DNA from: Flaccisagitta enflata
Taxonomy: Eukaryota
Direction: 5' to 3'
Length of the DNA: 64,000 bases
Assembly: GCA_965153355.1 (NCBI GenBank)
Contig: OZ231126.1
Span: 38,440,001-38,504,000 of the forward strand
Part shown: piece after piece, positions 24,816 through 38,852 of the stretch
Layout of the letters: each line of letters begins with the position of its first letter
Numbering within the stretch: position 1 is the stretch's first letter
Translations under genes and position numbers: made by a program
The notes under the pieces: model-generated
Told to the model about the DNA's origin: nothing
Seen by the model: only the letters and a program-made list of their open reading frames with translations
The model's database searches: none

Positions 24816-24860
24816 GTCATCATCATCATCATCGTCGTCGTCCTCGTCATCATCATCGTG
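24512..24860. repeat. 19-bp tandem repeat (CCATGCAAATGTCCATTTT) followed by (CAT)n
   Basis: Directly visible. Confidence 0.9.
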
Positions 24861-25396
24861 ATCTTTTTTCTTTCTTTTTTTTTGTGGGAGGGGGGGGGAG
24901 TATCTTCTTCATGATCATGCCCATTTTCCAATCCCCATCGCCTCAACATTATTTTTCACATCATCTTTTTCATCAGGCAAATATTATCAATTCTCTCATC
25001 TTGAACTCGAGAGGTTTCTTCTGGTAAGAGAATGTTGGCAATGTCTTAACCTTTTTTTCTTGTTTTGCTCTGCCTCCTCATTATGACGCTTTTTCCTCAA
25101 ACTGACCCCCGTAAAACCCCTCTTCCCCTTTACCACCCCTCTCTCCGACACGCTTTGTAATAAAGTATTGCTTTTTCTTTTGTAGTAATTTATCGTTAAC
25201 ACTGCTACCATATCCCTTAGCCCTCCAACATCGAGGGAAACAACTCCATTCTCTTCCTGCTACTGTTTCTCTGTTTCTGTCTTTGTATCCCTGCCTCTCT
25301 GTCTTTGAATCTCCCCCAATCCCATGTCTGCCTGTCCGTTTGTCTGTATGTATGTCTGTCCCTCTGTCTGTTAGTCTGTCTGTCTGTCTGTCTGTC

Positions 25397-25506
<110 letters not shown>

Positions 25507-25788
25507 TCCCCCAATTCCCTGTCTATCTGACTGTCTGTCTCTCTCTCCCTGTTCTATTCTCTTCCTAGCATTGAGAGACCACACTAATGCAGGAAACGTG
25601 GTGGAGGAGGCGAAAGAGAAAACCGAAATTTATCAACTTGAAATCTTAGGTGTAGTTGTTTTTGTTTTCGACTAATGATAAGATTAACACCCACCATTTA
25701 CCAGTCTTTTTTAACGAAAAATTCAGTAAATGATGTTCTTCTTGGGCGGAGTGTAAAATGCATACAACGCATATTTTACACAGAAACA

Positions 25789-26752
25789 TGGCATCATGAA
25801 AAATGGCGGATTTTTAAAACCTTTTTTGAACAACTTAATTTGAAAGAAACTATGAGAAATCGGTGATGGTTAGAAAGATCTTCGAAAGATCTTTCATTTG
25901 AGCCGTGTCGCGACATTGTAGCTCAAATGGTTTAGAAGTTACAGTAATTTGAAAAACACTATACTTTTTTCACCCTTACATTGTATCATAAAAAGCAGTT
26001 TGCTAATAATTTTGTTGCTACAAAAATGATAGAAGACTTTGTCCGATTGCCTTGAAATTTTAGATGATGTCTAGCTTGTTTGTCTTTTGATACCATTTCA
26101 AATTTTGTGAGAATCGGAAATTGTTTTCTATGATTTTTGCATGATCCTTTACTATGACTTGTTAAAATTCCTGAAAAATGATGCATTTTTTAAAAAAACT
26201 TACATTTATTTCTGAATGGTTTGAGCTGATACTCAGATTTCTCCTTTGAAAGAGGGACCAAAATATAGATCAGTGAAAAGGGCTTCACGACAGTCTTAAA
26301 TTTCCCTATTTTTCAACCATATCTTCATAAACAAAACACTTAATGAATCCTAATCACTAATTCCTTCAAACCACAGTTTTGCAAACCAACATTAAAATCT
26401 TTTGTATGGTGAAAATGATAGTAAAAGTTGTCCGATTTGGATGAAATTTTAGAAGCTGTTAGAGGGAATTATGCTGTGCCTCCATGTCAATTTTTGTCTG
26501 AATCGGATGACATTAAGTATGGTTTTTAAAAGATTGTTTCCATGTTATGATCGCTTACTCACCGTAAGGGCAAAAAAAGTGTAGTGTTTTTCAAATTACT
26601 GTAGCTTCTAAACCATTTGAGCTACAATGTCGCGACACGGCTCGAATGAAAGATCTTTCGAAGATCTTTCTAACCATCACCGATTTTCCTTAGTTTCTTT
26701 CAAATTAAGTTGCTTAAAATAGGTTTTAAAAATCCGCCATTTTTTATGATAC
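25789..26752. mobile_element. Non-autonomous element with inverted arms of about 185 bp
   Basis: 25789-25975 is inverted at about 26570-26752 (e.g. CGGTGATGGTTAGAAAGATCTTCGAAAGATCTTTCAT). True termini and TSD are not resolved. Confidence 0.65.
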
Positions 26753-26827
26753 CAAGGTTAGCTGAACAAGGCCAAGTAGGCCAATAAGGTGCGACGTGTG
26801 GATCGTTGAACGAATGCGTTACCAACA

Positions 26828-27637
26828 CACGGCGTCCACGAACAAACCATAGGTCGAAAAAATGGTCAAGACTCCTTACCAAGAAAAATATCTTTTTTGA
26901 TGTATTAGCTACAAAATAATGGTAAAAATAAAAGAAATTGGCTTAGAAATATAAAATTAACAGTCAAATAATAGCAAAAAAAGGCATTTTTGAGCATTTT
27001 TTAGATGAAAAATTGTATTCATGGCTTCTAAATGTATGAAAAAAATATATAAAAAGTTTGGCTACAGTGGCTGCACTAATGCTTTTATCTACTTCAGTTT
27101 GTTTAAAGTGATTTTTCACGAATCAAGAAAAAAAACGTAAAAAACTATTGTAATATGACTATTTTTCACTGTTTTTTGATATTTTCAAGCTGTTATCCAA
27201 TGAATATTTTTTTAAAACTAGCTGGTTAATATTTCAGCATGTGTATCTCAACAATATTTATACACTTTTCATAACTTTCAAGAATTTTATAGAAGTATTT
27301 GTAAAAATAAACTGACAAAAATTAATTTGCTAGTTTAAATTAGTTTTTTTTCAGCTCATATCTGTAAAATAACCTTCTAAACTTACTAAATAGGTAAAAA
27401 CAATTTTACAGCAAGTGCTGCTACACTTTTTGGATATTCTTTAAACTGATGCAAGCTACAATCTTAATTTGAAACATAAAAAATATGTAAAAATACTTTA
27501 TTTTTGCTATCTGTAGGATTTAAATTCTATATTTCCAAGCCGATTTTTTAATTTTTGCCATAAATTGATAGCTAATGCATCCAAAAAGATAGTCTTGACC
27601 ATTTTTTTCGACCTATGGTTTGTTCCTGGACGCCGTG
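26828..27637. mobile_element. MITE with CAC..GTG termini and a 4-bp TSD (Chapaev-like)
   Basis: TIR CACGGCGTCCACGAACAAACCATAGGTCGAAAAAATGGTCAAGACT with its inverse at the right end; AACA on both sides; it splits a family-A repeat. Confidence 0.8.
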
Positions 27638-28713
27638 AACAGAGAGACAGACCAACCGACGGACACAGCCAGTTATAGAGGTGCTTTGTCGCACCCAAAA
27701 ACATTTCATAATGGACACTACATGATATCATAGAAAATAGAGCCAGAGTTTTGTAATTATTTTTTTTTCTATTTTTACTGTTATTTTTTTTTCTTTTTGT
27801 CATTTTTTACAGTACACTGGGAGCAAGGAGGTCCTCAGAAACAAGTGACGCGGGGTCACAATATCGTTGCCTGACGGGTGGGCGGGGGCATCCTACCTTC
27901 CTCCATACCCCATGCCCCACTCACATACACAAAAAAAGACATCTAAAACGCTCATTTTCGCACTTTTTGACTCATGTCCACAGACCGATGGACGAACTGA
28001 CCAACCGACGGACGGACAAAGCCTCTTATAGAGTTGCGTAACTCAAAGTCAAACTATGGTTATTCTGGAAGCTGACTATTGACCAAATTATTGCCTATTA
28101 ATTTATTGTCTGTTTTGTTTTTGATTGCTAAGCGTGGAATTATTATTCACTTGGGACTTAGACCATCATCCTTCAGAAAAACCAAAGTGTGAGGTTCCTC
28201 ATTCAAACAGTGAAACTGAAGGATCAAGGAGGCCCTCTTTGTACTGGCCCTATTGCTCATAACGCAATGTGGCAATTTTATTCGAAAAAGGCAACAACCT
28301 TCAAGTTCAAATTTCAGTTTCAGTTCGTGACGAATTTTGATAAGTTCTCCGCTCATCATTCCCCTATTCTCCTCTTCCCCCCTTCCCCCCTACCCCTCAT
28401 CTTTTACCTTTTGTTATATCGTCCTCTTTCTTTCGAAAGTGAAAATGTGAAACACTGGGGGATCCTGAGCACTTGAATCATGTTTGCACAACCCAACAAT
28501 CAGGTCCTCGACTTCCGTAGTTTTAGGAAACAACTGGATCAGTTGGAAGCCTGCTTCCTGCACGCGCCTGAGGCGGTCCAAGTAACAAAGGCAACTAAAG
28601 GCCTCTATCACGGCCAAGAATATCAAAGTGACGGTGCAACTAATAAAGCCAGTTTACAACAGGCCTCTTTCACTAATGAAGCCAGTAACAGGCCTCTCTC
28701 ACGGCCAAGAATA

Positions 28714-29289
28714 ACAGGGTGAGCAAAAAAACTCGTACTCGCCATCAAATCTACAAAAAAAAATGCCTGGACTGAGAGAATTTCTTAAAATTTGATATTC
28801 ATAGTTAAAATTGAGGTTATCTTTCATACTTTAGCTGAGAAAAAAGGATGGATGATAGACGGCAGATTGCATTTCTAGGCCCACAGAAGAAGGTTACAAA
28901 AGATTTCTTTATCTTATGAATGAATATTTATCTCTTGTTTAAATTTGATTTATATATCATTTTTGTTAACTGAAACCACTCTTAGTTGATAAAACTAACT
29001 TCCCACGATGCATTTCTTCCAAAAAAATGTATCAAGGGCCCAATATAGTTGCAAAATCCTGCATTTCTGAATAGACACTGCTCTGCAAATAAAATCATGT
29101 CAAAATCTGAATTTCTGTTTTTTCTTAAACACATGGTGTGGCCATGTATGGAAATCCTATCAGCTGTTCTTAGTTTCTACTTTTAGTATAACCAACTGAG
29201 ATACTCCGGTTCAAATTTGAGCTCATAACTCCTATAACTAGTATGTTTTCAAGCTATAGACTGAGTACGAAATTTTTTGCACACCCTGT
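28714..29289. mobile_element. TA-flanked MITE (Tc1/mariner-type)
   Basis: TA-ACAGGGTGAGCAAAAAAACTCGTACTC ... GAGTACGAAATTTTTTGCACACCCTGT-TA; removing it restores the array unit GGCCAAGAA-TA-TCAAA. Confidence 0.8.
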
Positions 29290-30604
29290 TATCAAAATGA
29301 CGGTCCAACTAATGGATACAGTAACCGGCTTCTATCACGGTCAAGAATATCAAAGTGACAGTCCAACTAATGAAGTCAGTAACATGCCTCTTTCACGGCC
29401 AAGTGACAATCCAACTAATAAAGCCAGTAACAGGCCTCTTTACAGCCACAAATATCAAAATGACAGTCCAACTGGTAAAGCCAGTAACAGGCCTCTTTTA
29501 AGGCCACAAATATCAAAGTGACGGTCCGACTAATCAAGCCAGTAACAAACCTCTTTCACCGCCATAAATATCAAAGTGACGGTCAAAATAATAAAGTCAG
29601 TAACCGGCCTCTTTCAAGGCCAAGAATATCAGAGTGGCGGCCCGAGTAACAGTGCCTATAACAGGCCTGTCTCACGGCCAAGAATATAAAGTGGCGGTTC
29701 AAGTAACAAAGTCAATTACATGCCTCTATCAGTCTATCACAGACACGAACATCAAAGTGGTGATTATTCAAACAAAGCCAATCACAGGCTTCTATCACGG
29801 CCATAAATGTTAGAGTGGCGGAACAAGTTTCAAAGCCTACAACAGGCTTCTGTGACAGTACAGTAGATGTCGTCTTGACTTGGAAATATGTGGAATTCAT
29901 TACAGGAAGACAGATAAACTTAAGAGACTGATATTTGAAATATAAACTAATAATAGGATGCTTTATTGCCCATGGGTGTTGGTTGCCATGGAAACACATT
30001 TGCATGTATTCACGCTAACGTATCAATATTTTGAGAATTTTTTTGAGGGAACATTTTTTAAAATAAAATTTGCAACAACTTTCCCACAATTTGTTCTATA
30101 AGAATATTGCTTGCATCACAGGGCTCTCACACATAGTCACGCTCCCTAGTAATGGCTACATGAGCAATATTCTTACTGAACAGATTGTGGGAAAGTTGTA
30201 GCAAATTTTATTTTAAACAATATTCCCTCAAAAAATCTCTATTGATATGTAAAAAATCTCTATTGATATATAAATATTTTTAATTGATATAAAAAAATTG
30301 ATGTATTGATCTATAAAAAAATCTTTATTGATATATAGAAAATTGATATATATTAATATATATATATTGATATGTTTTTAAAAATATGTTTTTTTAAAAA
30401 ATTATATATTGATATATTGATATATAAAAAATCTCTATTGATACATGAAAAATCTCTATTGATATATAAAAAATCTCTATTGATATTTTAGCGTGAATAC
30501 ATGAAAATGTGTTTCCATGGCAACCAACACCCATGGGCAATAAAACATTTTTTTATTAGTCTATATTCCAAATATCAGTCCCTTTAGTATATTTGTCCCC
30601 CTTT

Positions 30605-33600
30605 TAGTCCAGGCTTTTTAAAAAAAGCATCGGCGATTCTGCAGCAAAGTCTGAAAATTTGCATACAGGGTCAGTTTTTGATGCTGAACAAGACTAGGAT
30701 CGGTCCACGTCAAAATTTTTTATGGACCTACCTAAAAAATGCATTTTTTCTCAAAAAAAAATTTCAAAATTGCGCCAACGCCAAACCGTTTGACGGATCA
30801 TCATAAAAATTTAGTTGAAGCAAAATATAGGTTTTTTTTACTTCCATTTCAAATTTTATCAAAATTGGTTCACTAGAAGCGGAGATATAGCTGTTTAAAG
30901 TCTGGGCATTGAAAGCGTTTACGGTCTGATTTCCTATCAAGCTCCTGATGCGTAATTGCGAGAACTGACTCCACTGCCGAGCTGCGCTATTGAGTTGGAA
31001 CGTACACCCGCTTATAACGAATTGTTGAGATGAGCGGTCAAGTTGTCCGCGAAATCAGTCTATTCGTGGAATCCTGATGGACAGAGGAAAAGAAAAAGGT
31101 TAAGAACACACTGTACATCAATGATGGATACTACTGTAAATGCGCCAAAAAGAGTAAAAAGGTCAAGGACTTACATGGATGTTGTCGAACGGTTTCCAAT
31201 CTAGGCGCAGGACAGGGAAGTCGAGGGAAAAACATCAAAATCGAGTCTCTAATTGATATTGTGAAGTCAAATGTCAGTAAGAGAGTCGGGGAAGCCACTT
31301 TACTTAACCTATAAATAAATAACACAATAAATCAAAGCATCACGAGATTTGAAATTATTTGGCAGCAATGGAACAACAATAAACGTAAGCGTCGCGTCGT
31401 GGGAATTCGCCAGAGGGGTCGAAGTTGATTCTCCTCTAAGCGGTTGAGGAGATAAGTCCATCAATCCTCAACCGGAAGTCAGCGCTTCCGGGCGCGCGCG
31501 CGTGCCTCCTCTTCCTCCGTCGAGCGAAGATTCTCTCTCCTTTTCCTCGATTTCCTCCACTCGACTGCCGAATGGACGCCATCTTGGATCTTCGACGGCG
31601 AGATATCCTCTCCACTCCTTCGGGATCCGCGGAGTCGATTGCGTTTGATCGAAGGCTTCTTGACCTGAATATGGTGGGGAATGTGCAGAATGTCACAGGT
31701 ATGTTTTTCAAAAAAATGCTATATTTGATTTTTGGCAAAAAAAATTGAAAAAATCATCTTAAGACCCCCAAACTTTTTTTGGATATTACTTTGACCATTT
31801 GACACCTACTGAAAAAAAACGAATAAAAAAAATATTCAGTTTTGCTCCCATTATGGCTAAAAAAACAAAAAATTGGATATCAAAATCTACACCAAATTTT
31901 CAAAAAAAGCTATTTTTGTATAAATAGCCTAATTTTTGATGCCAGCTCCAGGAATCAGTCCTCTATAGGCATATTTACTTGACTGCAAAGTTTTAGAATG
32001 GTCCAAAACCAAAAAAACACAAAAAAACTGTTCAAAGTCTAAAAATTTGGGGCCCAAAATTTTGCATTTTTGGATACCTTTGGACATTTGGCATTGCTAC
32101 GGCCAAACCCTTAGAGCCAGTTGCACCAAATTTTGCATCCAAGTCGCCAATCACCTGGAGCATCTTCGTGCAAAATTTCAGGCCATATAGCCAAGTTTAA
32201 GTAACATTTTTGGGCTAAAAATACCCAAAAAACGCCCAAAAAATGCGAAAAAATGTTTTTTTAGCCATATAGGCTAAACTATGTGTCCCACTATCATGAA
32301 ATTTTGCATTGATGGACTTGACCTCAACATGTACCTGCATGAAAAATTTCATTGGCCTATGATAAGCGGTTTTCTCAAAATTCAATTTTGAATTTTTTCA
32401 AAATTTTGCATTTTCATTTTTGAAATACATTTTTAATTTTTTCAACAAAGATAGAGTGTATCATGATGCACACTATGAGAATTTATTCTTCATAAGCATA
32501 TTCACTTGAGTGCAAAATTTCACAATAGTCCTATAACTCAAAAAACCTAAAATCACTGCTCAAAATCATGATATTAGGGGTACAAAATTTTGCATTTTTG
32601 GACATCTTAGGACATTTTGGCTTGCTACAGTCTAACACCTTGGACTAGTGGCCCCAAATTTTGCATACAGTTTGTCAAGCACCAGGGCCATCTTCATGCA
32701 AAATTTCAGCCTAAAAATCAAATGATTGCAAAAAAATGTTTTTTTAGCCATGCTACAGCCAAACGCCTTGGACTGGTAGCCCCAAATTTTGCATACAGCT
32801 TGTCTAGCACCAGGGCCATCCTCATGCAAAATTTCCGCCTAAAAATCAAATGGTAAATAAGTTTTTTGGCTTAAAAATCCCCAAAAAATGCCCAAAAAAT
32901 GCAAAAAAATGTTTTTTTATTATGCTACAGCCAAACGCCTAAGACTAGTGGCCCCAAATTTGGCATATAGCTTGTCAAGCGCCAGGGCCATTTTCATGCA
33001 AAATTTCAGCCTAAAAATCAAACGATAAGTAGGTTTTTTGGCTTATAAGACCCAAAAAATGCCCAAAAAATGCAAAAAAATGTTTCTTTAGCCATGCTAC
33101 AGCCAAACGCCTTGGACTAGTGGCCCCAAATTTTGCTTACAGCTTTTGAAGCACCAGAGGCATCTTCATGCAAAATTTCAGCCTAGAAATCAAATGACAA
33201 GTAGGTTTTTTGGCTTAAAAATCCCCCAAAAATGCCAAAAAATTGTTTTTTTAGCCATGCTACCGCCAAATGCCTTGGACTAGTGGCCCCAAATTTTGCA
33301 TACAGCTTGTCAAGCACAAGGGCCATCTTCATGCAAAATTTCAGCCTAAAAATCAAATGATAAGTAGGTTTTTTGGCTTAAAAATCCCCCAAAAATGCAA
33401 AAAAATTGCAAAAAAATGTTTTTTTAGCCATGCTACAGCCAAACGCCTTGGACTAGTGGCCCCAAGTTTTGCATATAGCTTGTTAAGCACCAGGGCCATC
33501 CTCATGCCAAATTTCAGCCTGAAAATCAGATGATAAGTATGTTTCAATGCTTAAAAATGCCAAAAAAATGCCAAAAAAAAGCAAAAAAATGTTGTTTTAG

Positions 33601-36600
33601 CCAAAAAGGCCAAATTATGTGTCTCACTATCATAAGATTTTGCATATGTGGACTTGACCTCAACATGTACCTGCAGGAAAAAATTCATTGACCTGTGATA
33701 CACTGTTTTTTCAAAATTCAATCTCAAATTTTTTTCAAAATTTTGCATTTTTGGTCAAACGATTTATTGTTCTTTTATCAAGATAGAGTGTATTTTGATA
33801 CAGGCTTTCAGGATTTTTTCCTCATAACATATCTACTAAGGTGCAAAATTTTACAATGGTTCAATGGCTCAGAAACTCAAATTTGCTGCTCAAAGTCATG
33901 AAATTATGGGTCTGAAATATTGCATTTTTGGATATTTTAGGACATTTGGTCTTGCTATGACCAAGCATTTTGGGCCAGTGGCCCCAAATTTTGCACACAA
34001 GTTGCAAAGCATTAGGTCCATCGGTCTATCTGTCACACTTTACTTTTTTTGGGTTTTTGCGGTTTTTGGTCTCACTGGTCCTGCTTAAATGATCTGGTGG
34101 CCTCAATTACAGGCCTTGTCCACCTGCACGCGACTGGGGTAGCCGTGTAGCCATGTATCTGGCCTTGTTTTCTCTTACATAGCTTATATATTGTGTATAC
34201 CCACTGAGGCTGAGATCTAGTGCCTTGAGGCTGGGATTTGAGCATTGCAGCTGGATTTTGAGCTGTAAGGCTGTTATTGAGGCCTTGAGGCTGGGAATTG
34301 AGTTAAAAGAATCACTACATACCATATTCTTTTTTCTCTTTCATAGCTCACAGATTTTAGTATCATATAGAATCAAGTCTTCTTCGTGTCTACGTATCTT
34401 GGAGATGTTGACAAAGTCTTGGATTGATTAGTCTTCTGTTTTATTCACACATGAAGCGAAGTGAAGAAATATCAGCTCAAAAAGCAACAATTACAAAGAA
34501 GATGCATCAAAAGTATCTCCTTACTGTTTCTGAAGGAAACACTTATTTCTTTGCTGTAGTAATTGAAACTGATTTTGATATAAGACGGTATTTAAGAAAT
34601 CCAAAAGTCGCAGAAGCAATACAGCAATCTGTAAGAATCTTTGCAGAGATGATTAAGATTTCAAGAGCATTACAGAGAGAAAAACACAATGTTTTCTGAT
34701 AGAAACAGAGACATAGACATAGACTTGATCTTGTTTATGGCTTATGCAGAAAAAAAACACCTGCTTGCACTATAAAAGCGTAGGTATCATTAACAAGTAC
34801 CATGCTATCATACTACGTAATTAGTCTAATGCAACACTGCATCATCTTATTGGGCCCATAAATGATGCAGTGTTACCAAAGACTATGGTTCTTTACCTTC
34901 AAGGAAGTAAGTACATCTACATTTGAATAAAGCATCAAGAGTCAAGTTTCAGCTTGATCATATTTGAAAACGTAATAGCAACTATTCAGAAAAGAAACAA
35001 CCAAGTTGTAGTGATTTTTTATCAAATGATATCCTTCTAAAGTTGAAATTTTTCCAGGTGATGTTGCTTAGAATTTTTAAAAAAGTTTCAACTTGCCCAA
35101 AGTGCTTGGCCATAGCAAGACCAAATGTCCTAAAACATCCAAAAATGTAATATTTTGGACCCCTTATTTCATGACTTCGAGCAGCAAATTTGAGTTTCTG
35201 AGCCATTGAACCATTGTAAAATTTTGAACCTTAGTAAATATGCTTATGGGGAAAAAATTCTGAAAGCCTCTATCAAAATACACTCTATCTTGATAAAAGA
35301 ACAAAAAATCTTTTGACAAAAAATGCAAAATTTTGGAAAGATATTGAGATTGAATTTTGAAAAAAACAGTGTATCACAGGTCAATGAAATTTTTCCTGCT
35401 GGTACATGTTGAGGTCAAGTCCACATATGCAAAATCTTATGATAGCGAGACACATAGTTTGGCCTATTTGGCTTAAATAACATTTTTTTGCAATTTTTTG
35501 GCATTTTTTTGGCCTTTTTAGGCCTTGAAACATACTTATCATTTGATTTTCAGGCTGAAATTTGGCATAATGATGGTCCTGGTGCTTGACAAGCTGTATG
35601 CAAAATTTGGGGCCACTAGTCCAAGGCATTTGGCTGTTGCATGGCTAAAAAAAACATTTTTTTTTTTGCATTTTTTGGGCATTTTTTGGGGATTTTTAAG
35701 CCAAAAAACCTACTTATCATTTGATTTTTGGGCTGAAATTTTGCATGAAGACGGCCCTGGTGCTTGACAAGCTGTATGCAAAACTTGGGGCCACTAGTCC
35801 AAGGCGTTTGGCTGTAGCATGGCTAAAAAAAACATTTTTTTTCATTTTTTGGGGATTTTTAAGCCAGAAAACCTGCTTATCATTTGATTTTTATGCTGAA
35901 ATTTTGCATGAAGATGGCCCTGGTGCTTGACAAGCTGTATGCAAAATTTGGGGCCACTAGTCCAAGGCGTTTGGCTGAAGCATGGCTAAAAAAACTTTTT
36001 TTTGTGTTTTTTGCATTTTTGGGGGATTTTTAAGCCAGAAAACCTGCTTATCATTTGATTTTTAGGCTGAAATTTTGCATGAAGATGGCCCTGGTGCCTG
36101 ATAAGCTGTATGCAAAATTTGGGGCCACTAGTCCAAGGCGTTTGGCTGAAGCATGGCTAAAAAAAACATTTTTTTGCATTTTTGGGCATTTTTTGGGGAT
36201 TTTTAAACCAAAAATCTTACCATTTGATTTCTAGGCTGAAATTTTGCATAAAGATGGTCCTGGTGCTTGACAAGCTGGAAGCAAAATTTGGGGCCACTAG
36301 TCCAAGGCGTTTGGCTGTAGCATGGCTAAAAAACTATTTTTTTGCAATTTTTTTGCATTTTTGGGGGATTTTTAAGCCAAAAAACCTACTAATCATTTGA
36401 TTTTTAGGCTGAAATTTTGCATGAAGATGGCCCTGGTGCTTGACAAACTGTATGCAAAATTTGGGGCCACTAGTCCAAGGAGTTTGACTGTAGCAAGCCA
36501 AAATATCCTAAGATGTCCAAAAATGCAAAATTTTGTACCCCAAATATCCTGATTTTGAGCAGTGATTTTAGGTTTTTTGAGTTATTGGACCATTGTAAAA

Positions 36601-37718
36601 TTTTGCACTCAAGTGAATATGCTTATGAAGAATAAATTCTCATAGTGTGCATCATGATACACTCTATCTTTGTTGAAAAAATTAGAAATGTATTTCAAAA
36701 ATGAAAATGCAAAATTTTGAAAAAATTCAAAGTTGAATTTTGAGAAAACCGTTTATCATGGGCCAATGAAATTTTTTATGCAGGTACATGTTGAGGTCAA
36801 GTCCATCAATGCAAAATTTCATGATAGTGGGACACATAGTTTAGCCTATATGGCTAAAAAAACATTTTTTTGCATTTTTTGGGTGTTTTTTGGGTATTTT
36901 TAGCCCAAAAATGTTACTTAAACTTGGCTATATGGCTTGAAATTTTGCACGAAGATGCTCCAGGTGATTGGCGACTTGGATGCAAAATTTGGTGCAACTG
37001 GCTCTAAGGGTTTGGCTGTAGCAATGCCAAATGTCCAAAGGTATCCAAAAATGCAAAATTTCGGGCCCCAAATTTTTAGACTTTGAACAGTTTTTTTGTG
37101 TTTTTTTGGTTTTGGACCATTCTAAAACTTTGCAGTCAAGTAAATATGCCTATGGAGGACTGATACCTGGAGCTGGCATCAAAAATTAGGCTATTTTTAC
37201 AAAATTAGCTTTTTATGAAAATTTGGTGTAGATTTTGATATCCAATTTTTTGTTTTTTTAGCCATAACGGGAGCAAAACTGAATATTTTTTTGATCCGTT
37301 TTTTTCAGTAGGTGTCAAATGGTCAAAGTAATATCCAAAAAAAATTTGGTGGACAAAAAATGATTTTTTTAATTTTTTTTGCCAAGAATCAAACATAGCG
37401 TTTTTTTCAAAAACATACCCAGACTTTAAACAGCTATATCTCCGCTTCTAGCAAACCAATTTTGATAAAATTTGGAGTGGAAGTAAAAAAAACATATATT
37501 TTGCTTTTATGATGATCCGGCAAACGGTTTGGCGTTGGGGCAGTTTTGAAATTTTTTTTTGAGAAAAAATGCATTTTTTAGGTAGGTCCATAAAAGATTT
37601 TGACGTGGACCGATCCTAGTCTTGTTCAGCATCAATAACTGACCCTGTATGCAAATTTTCAGGCTTTCCTGCAGATTCGTCGATACTTATATTTTTATTC
37701 CTTTAGCAGCCGGGACTA
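30605..37718. mobile_element. 7.1-kb foldback DNA element with inverted arms of about 2.6 kb
   Basis: The left arm (30605 to about 33975, minus the solo LTR) is the reverse complement of about 35090-37718. Termini are TAGTCCAGGCT and AGCCGGGACTA with TTT on both sides. Each arm holds tandem subrepeats of about 180 bp, and the spacer is about 1.1 kb. Confidence 0.88.
30910..31697 (-). mobile_element. Solo LTR (788 bp) of a diverged subfamily of the same BEL element
   Basis: The reverse complement matches the 11609-12393 LTR end to end (TGTGACATTC...CGCTTTCA). Flanks are GGCAT and GGTAT, and the opposite foldback arm shows the empty site GGTAT. Confidence 0.92.
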
Positions 37719-37898
37719 TTTAATGAATAGCCCGTATTTCCAAGTCTAGACGACATCAACTGTATTTAAGTGGCGGTCCAACTAACAAAGCTAATAGCAG
37801 GCCACTATCACGGCTAAGAATATCAAAGTGGCGGTCCAAGTAACTAAGCGGCAAAGAATATAACAATGGTGGTCAAGATAACAGGCCTCTATCACGTA

Positions 37899-38460
37899 CA
37901 GTAGATGTCGTCTAGACTTGGAAATACGGGGGAATTCATTACAGGAAAACAGATAAATCTAAAAGACTAATATTTCAAATATAAACTGATAAAAGGATGG
38001 TTTATTGCCCATTGGTGTTGGTTGCCATGGAAACACATTTCTATGTATTCACGCTAAAGTATCAATATTTTGAGATATTTTTTTAGGGAACATAGTTTAA
38101 AATAAAATTTGCTACAACTTTCCCACAATATCTTCTGTAAGAATATCGCTCGTTTGGCGGTTGCTAAGAAGCATCACAGGGCTGTCACACATAGTAACGC
38201 TCCATAGCAACGGCTATATGAGCAATGTTCTTACAGAACATATTATGGGGAAGTTGTAGCAAATTTTATTTAAAACAACATTCCCTCAAAAAAATTCTCA
38301 AAATGTTGATACTGTTGTGTGAATACGTGGTAATGTGTTTCCATGGCAACCAACTGCCATGGGCGATAAAGCATCTTTTTATTAGCCTACATTTTAAATA
38401 TCAGTCTCTTAAGTATATTTGTCTTCCTGTGATGAATTCCCCCGTATATCCAAGTCTACT
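37899..38460. mobile_element. Second copy of the CAGTAGATGTCGTC palindromic MITE (right end eroded)
   Basis: Starts TA-CAGTAGATGTCGTCTAGACTTGG; internal palindrome; high similarity to 29861-30604. Confidence 0.78.
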
Positions 38461-38852
38461 GCTCATGAATATCAAACTGGCGGTTGAAGTATCAGAGGCG
38501 ACTAAAGGCCTCTATCATGGACAAAAATATCAAAGTATCGGTCCAAGTAACAAAGCCAATTACAGGTTTATTTCACAACGACAAATGCTGCAAAGGCGCC
38601 CAAGGCTGTCCAAGTAACAAAGGCAACGATAAAAAAAACAGAGCCCAGGACAACTCAAGTACAATATTTATCAATACGATACAATACATTGGTTGCTGCA
38701 TCTGCAGAAGAGGTACTCTAAATTCAGGGAGAACTAGGTATTCCTGAAAACAAATATGATTTCCTCATGTCATGGAAAGTTACCATGTAGCCTTGTTATG
38801 TTCCACGATAGTGGAACACTAAAGTTCCACAGTTTTCTCTGTGAGTAGATAC

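Larger units (their letters stand above)
29861..37762. mobile_element. TA-flanked palindromic MITE split by the foldback insertion
   Basis: TA-CAGTAGATGTCGTC at 29861 and GACGACATCAACTG-TA ending at 37762. The body runs 29861-30604 and resumes at 37719. A sister copy lies at 37899-38460. Confidence 0.8.
28590..38620 (+). repeat. Degenerate tandem array of about 59-bp units, fragmented by insertions
   Basis: Unit like AGGCCTCTATCACGGCCAAGAATATCAAAGTGACGGTCCAACTAATAAAGCCAGTAAC, seen at about 28590-28713, 29290-29858, 37765-37897 and 38465-38620. Confidence 0.8.

Noticed and set aside
34424-34699. 91-aa ORF in the foldback spacer as a transposase remnant
   Set aside because: It has no recognisable catalytic motif and is too short to support a call without a homology search.
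32617-36400. Repeated short ORFs (PWTSGPKFCIQLVKH...)
   Set aside because: They are translations of the foldback subrepeats of about 180 bp.
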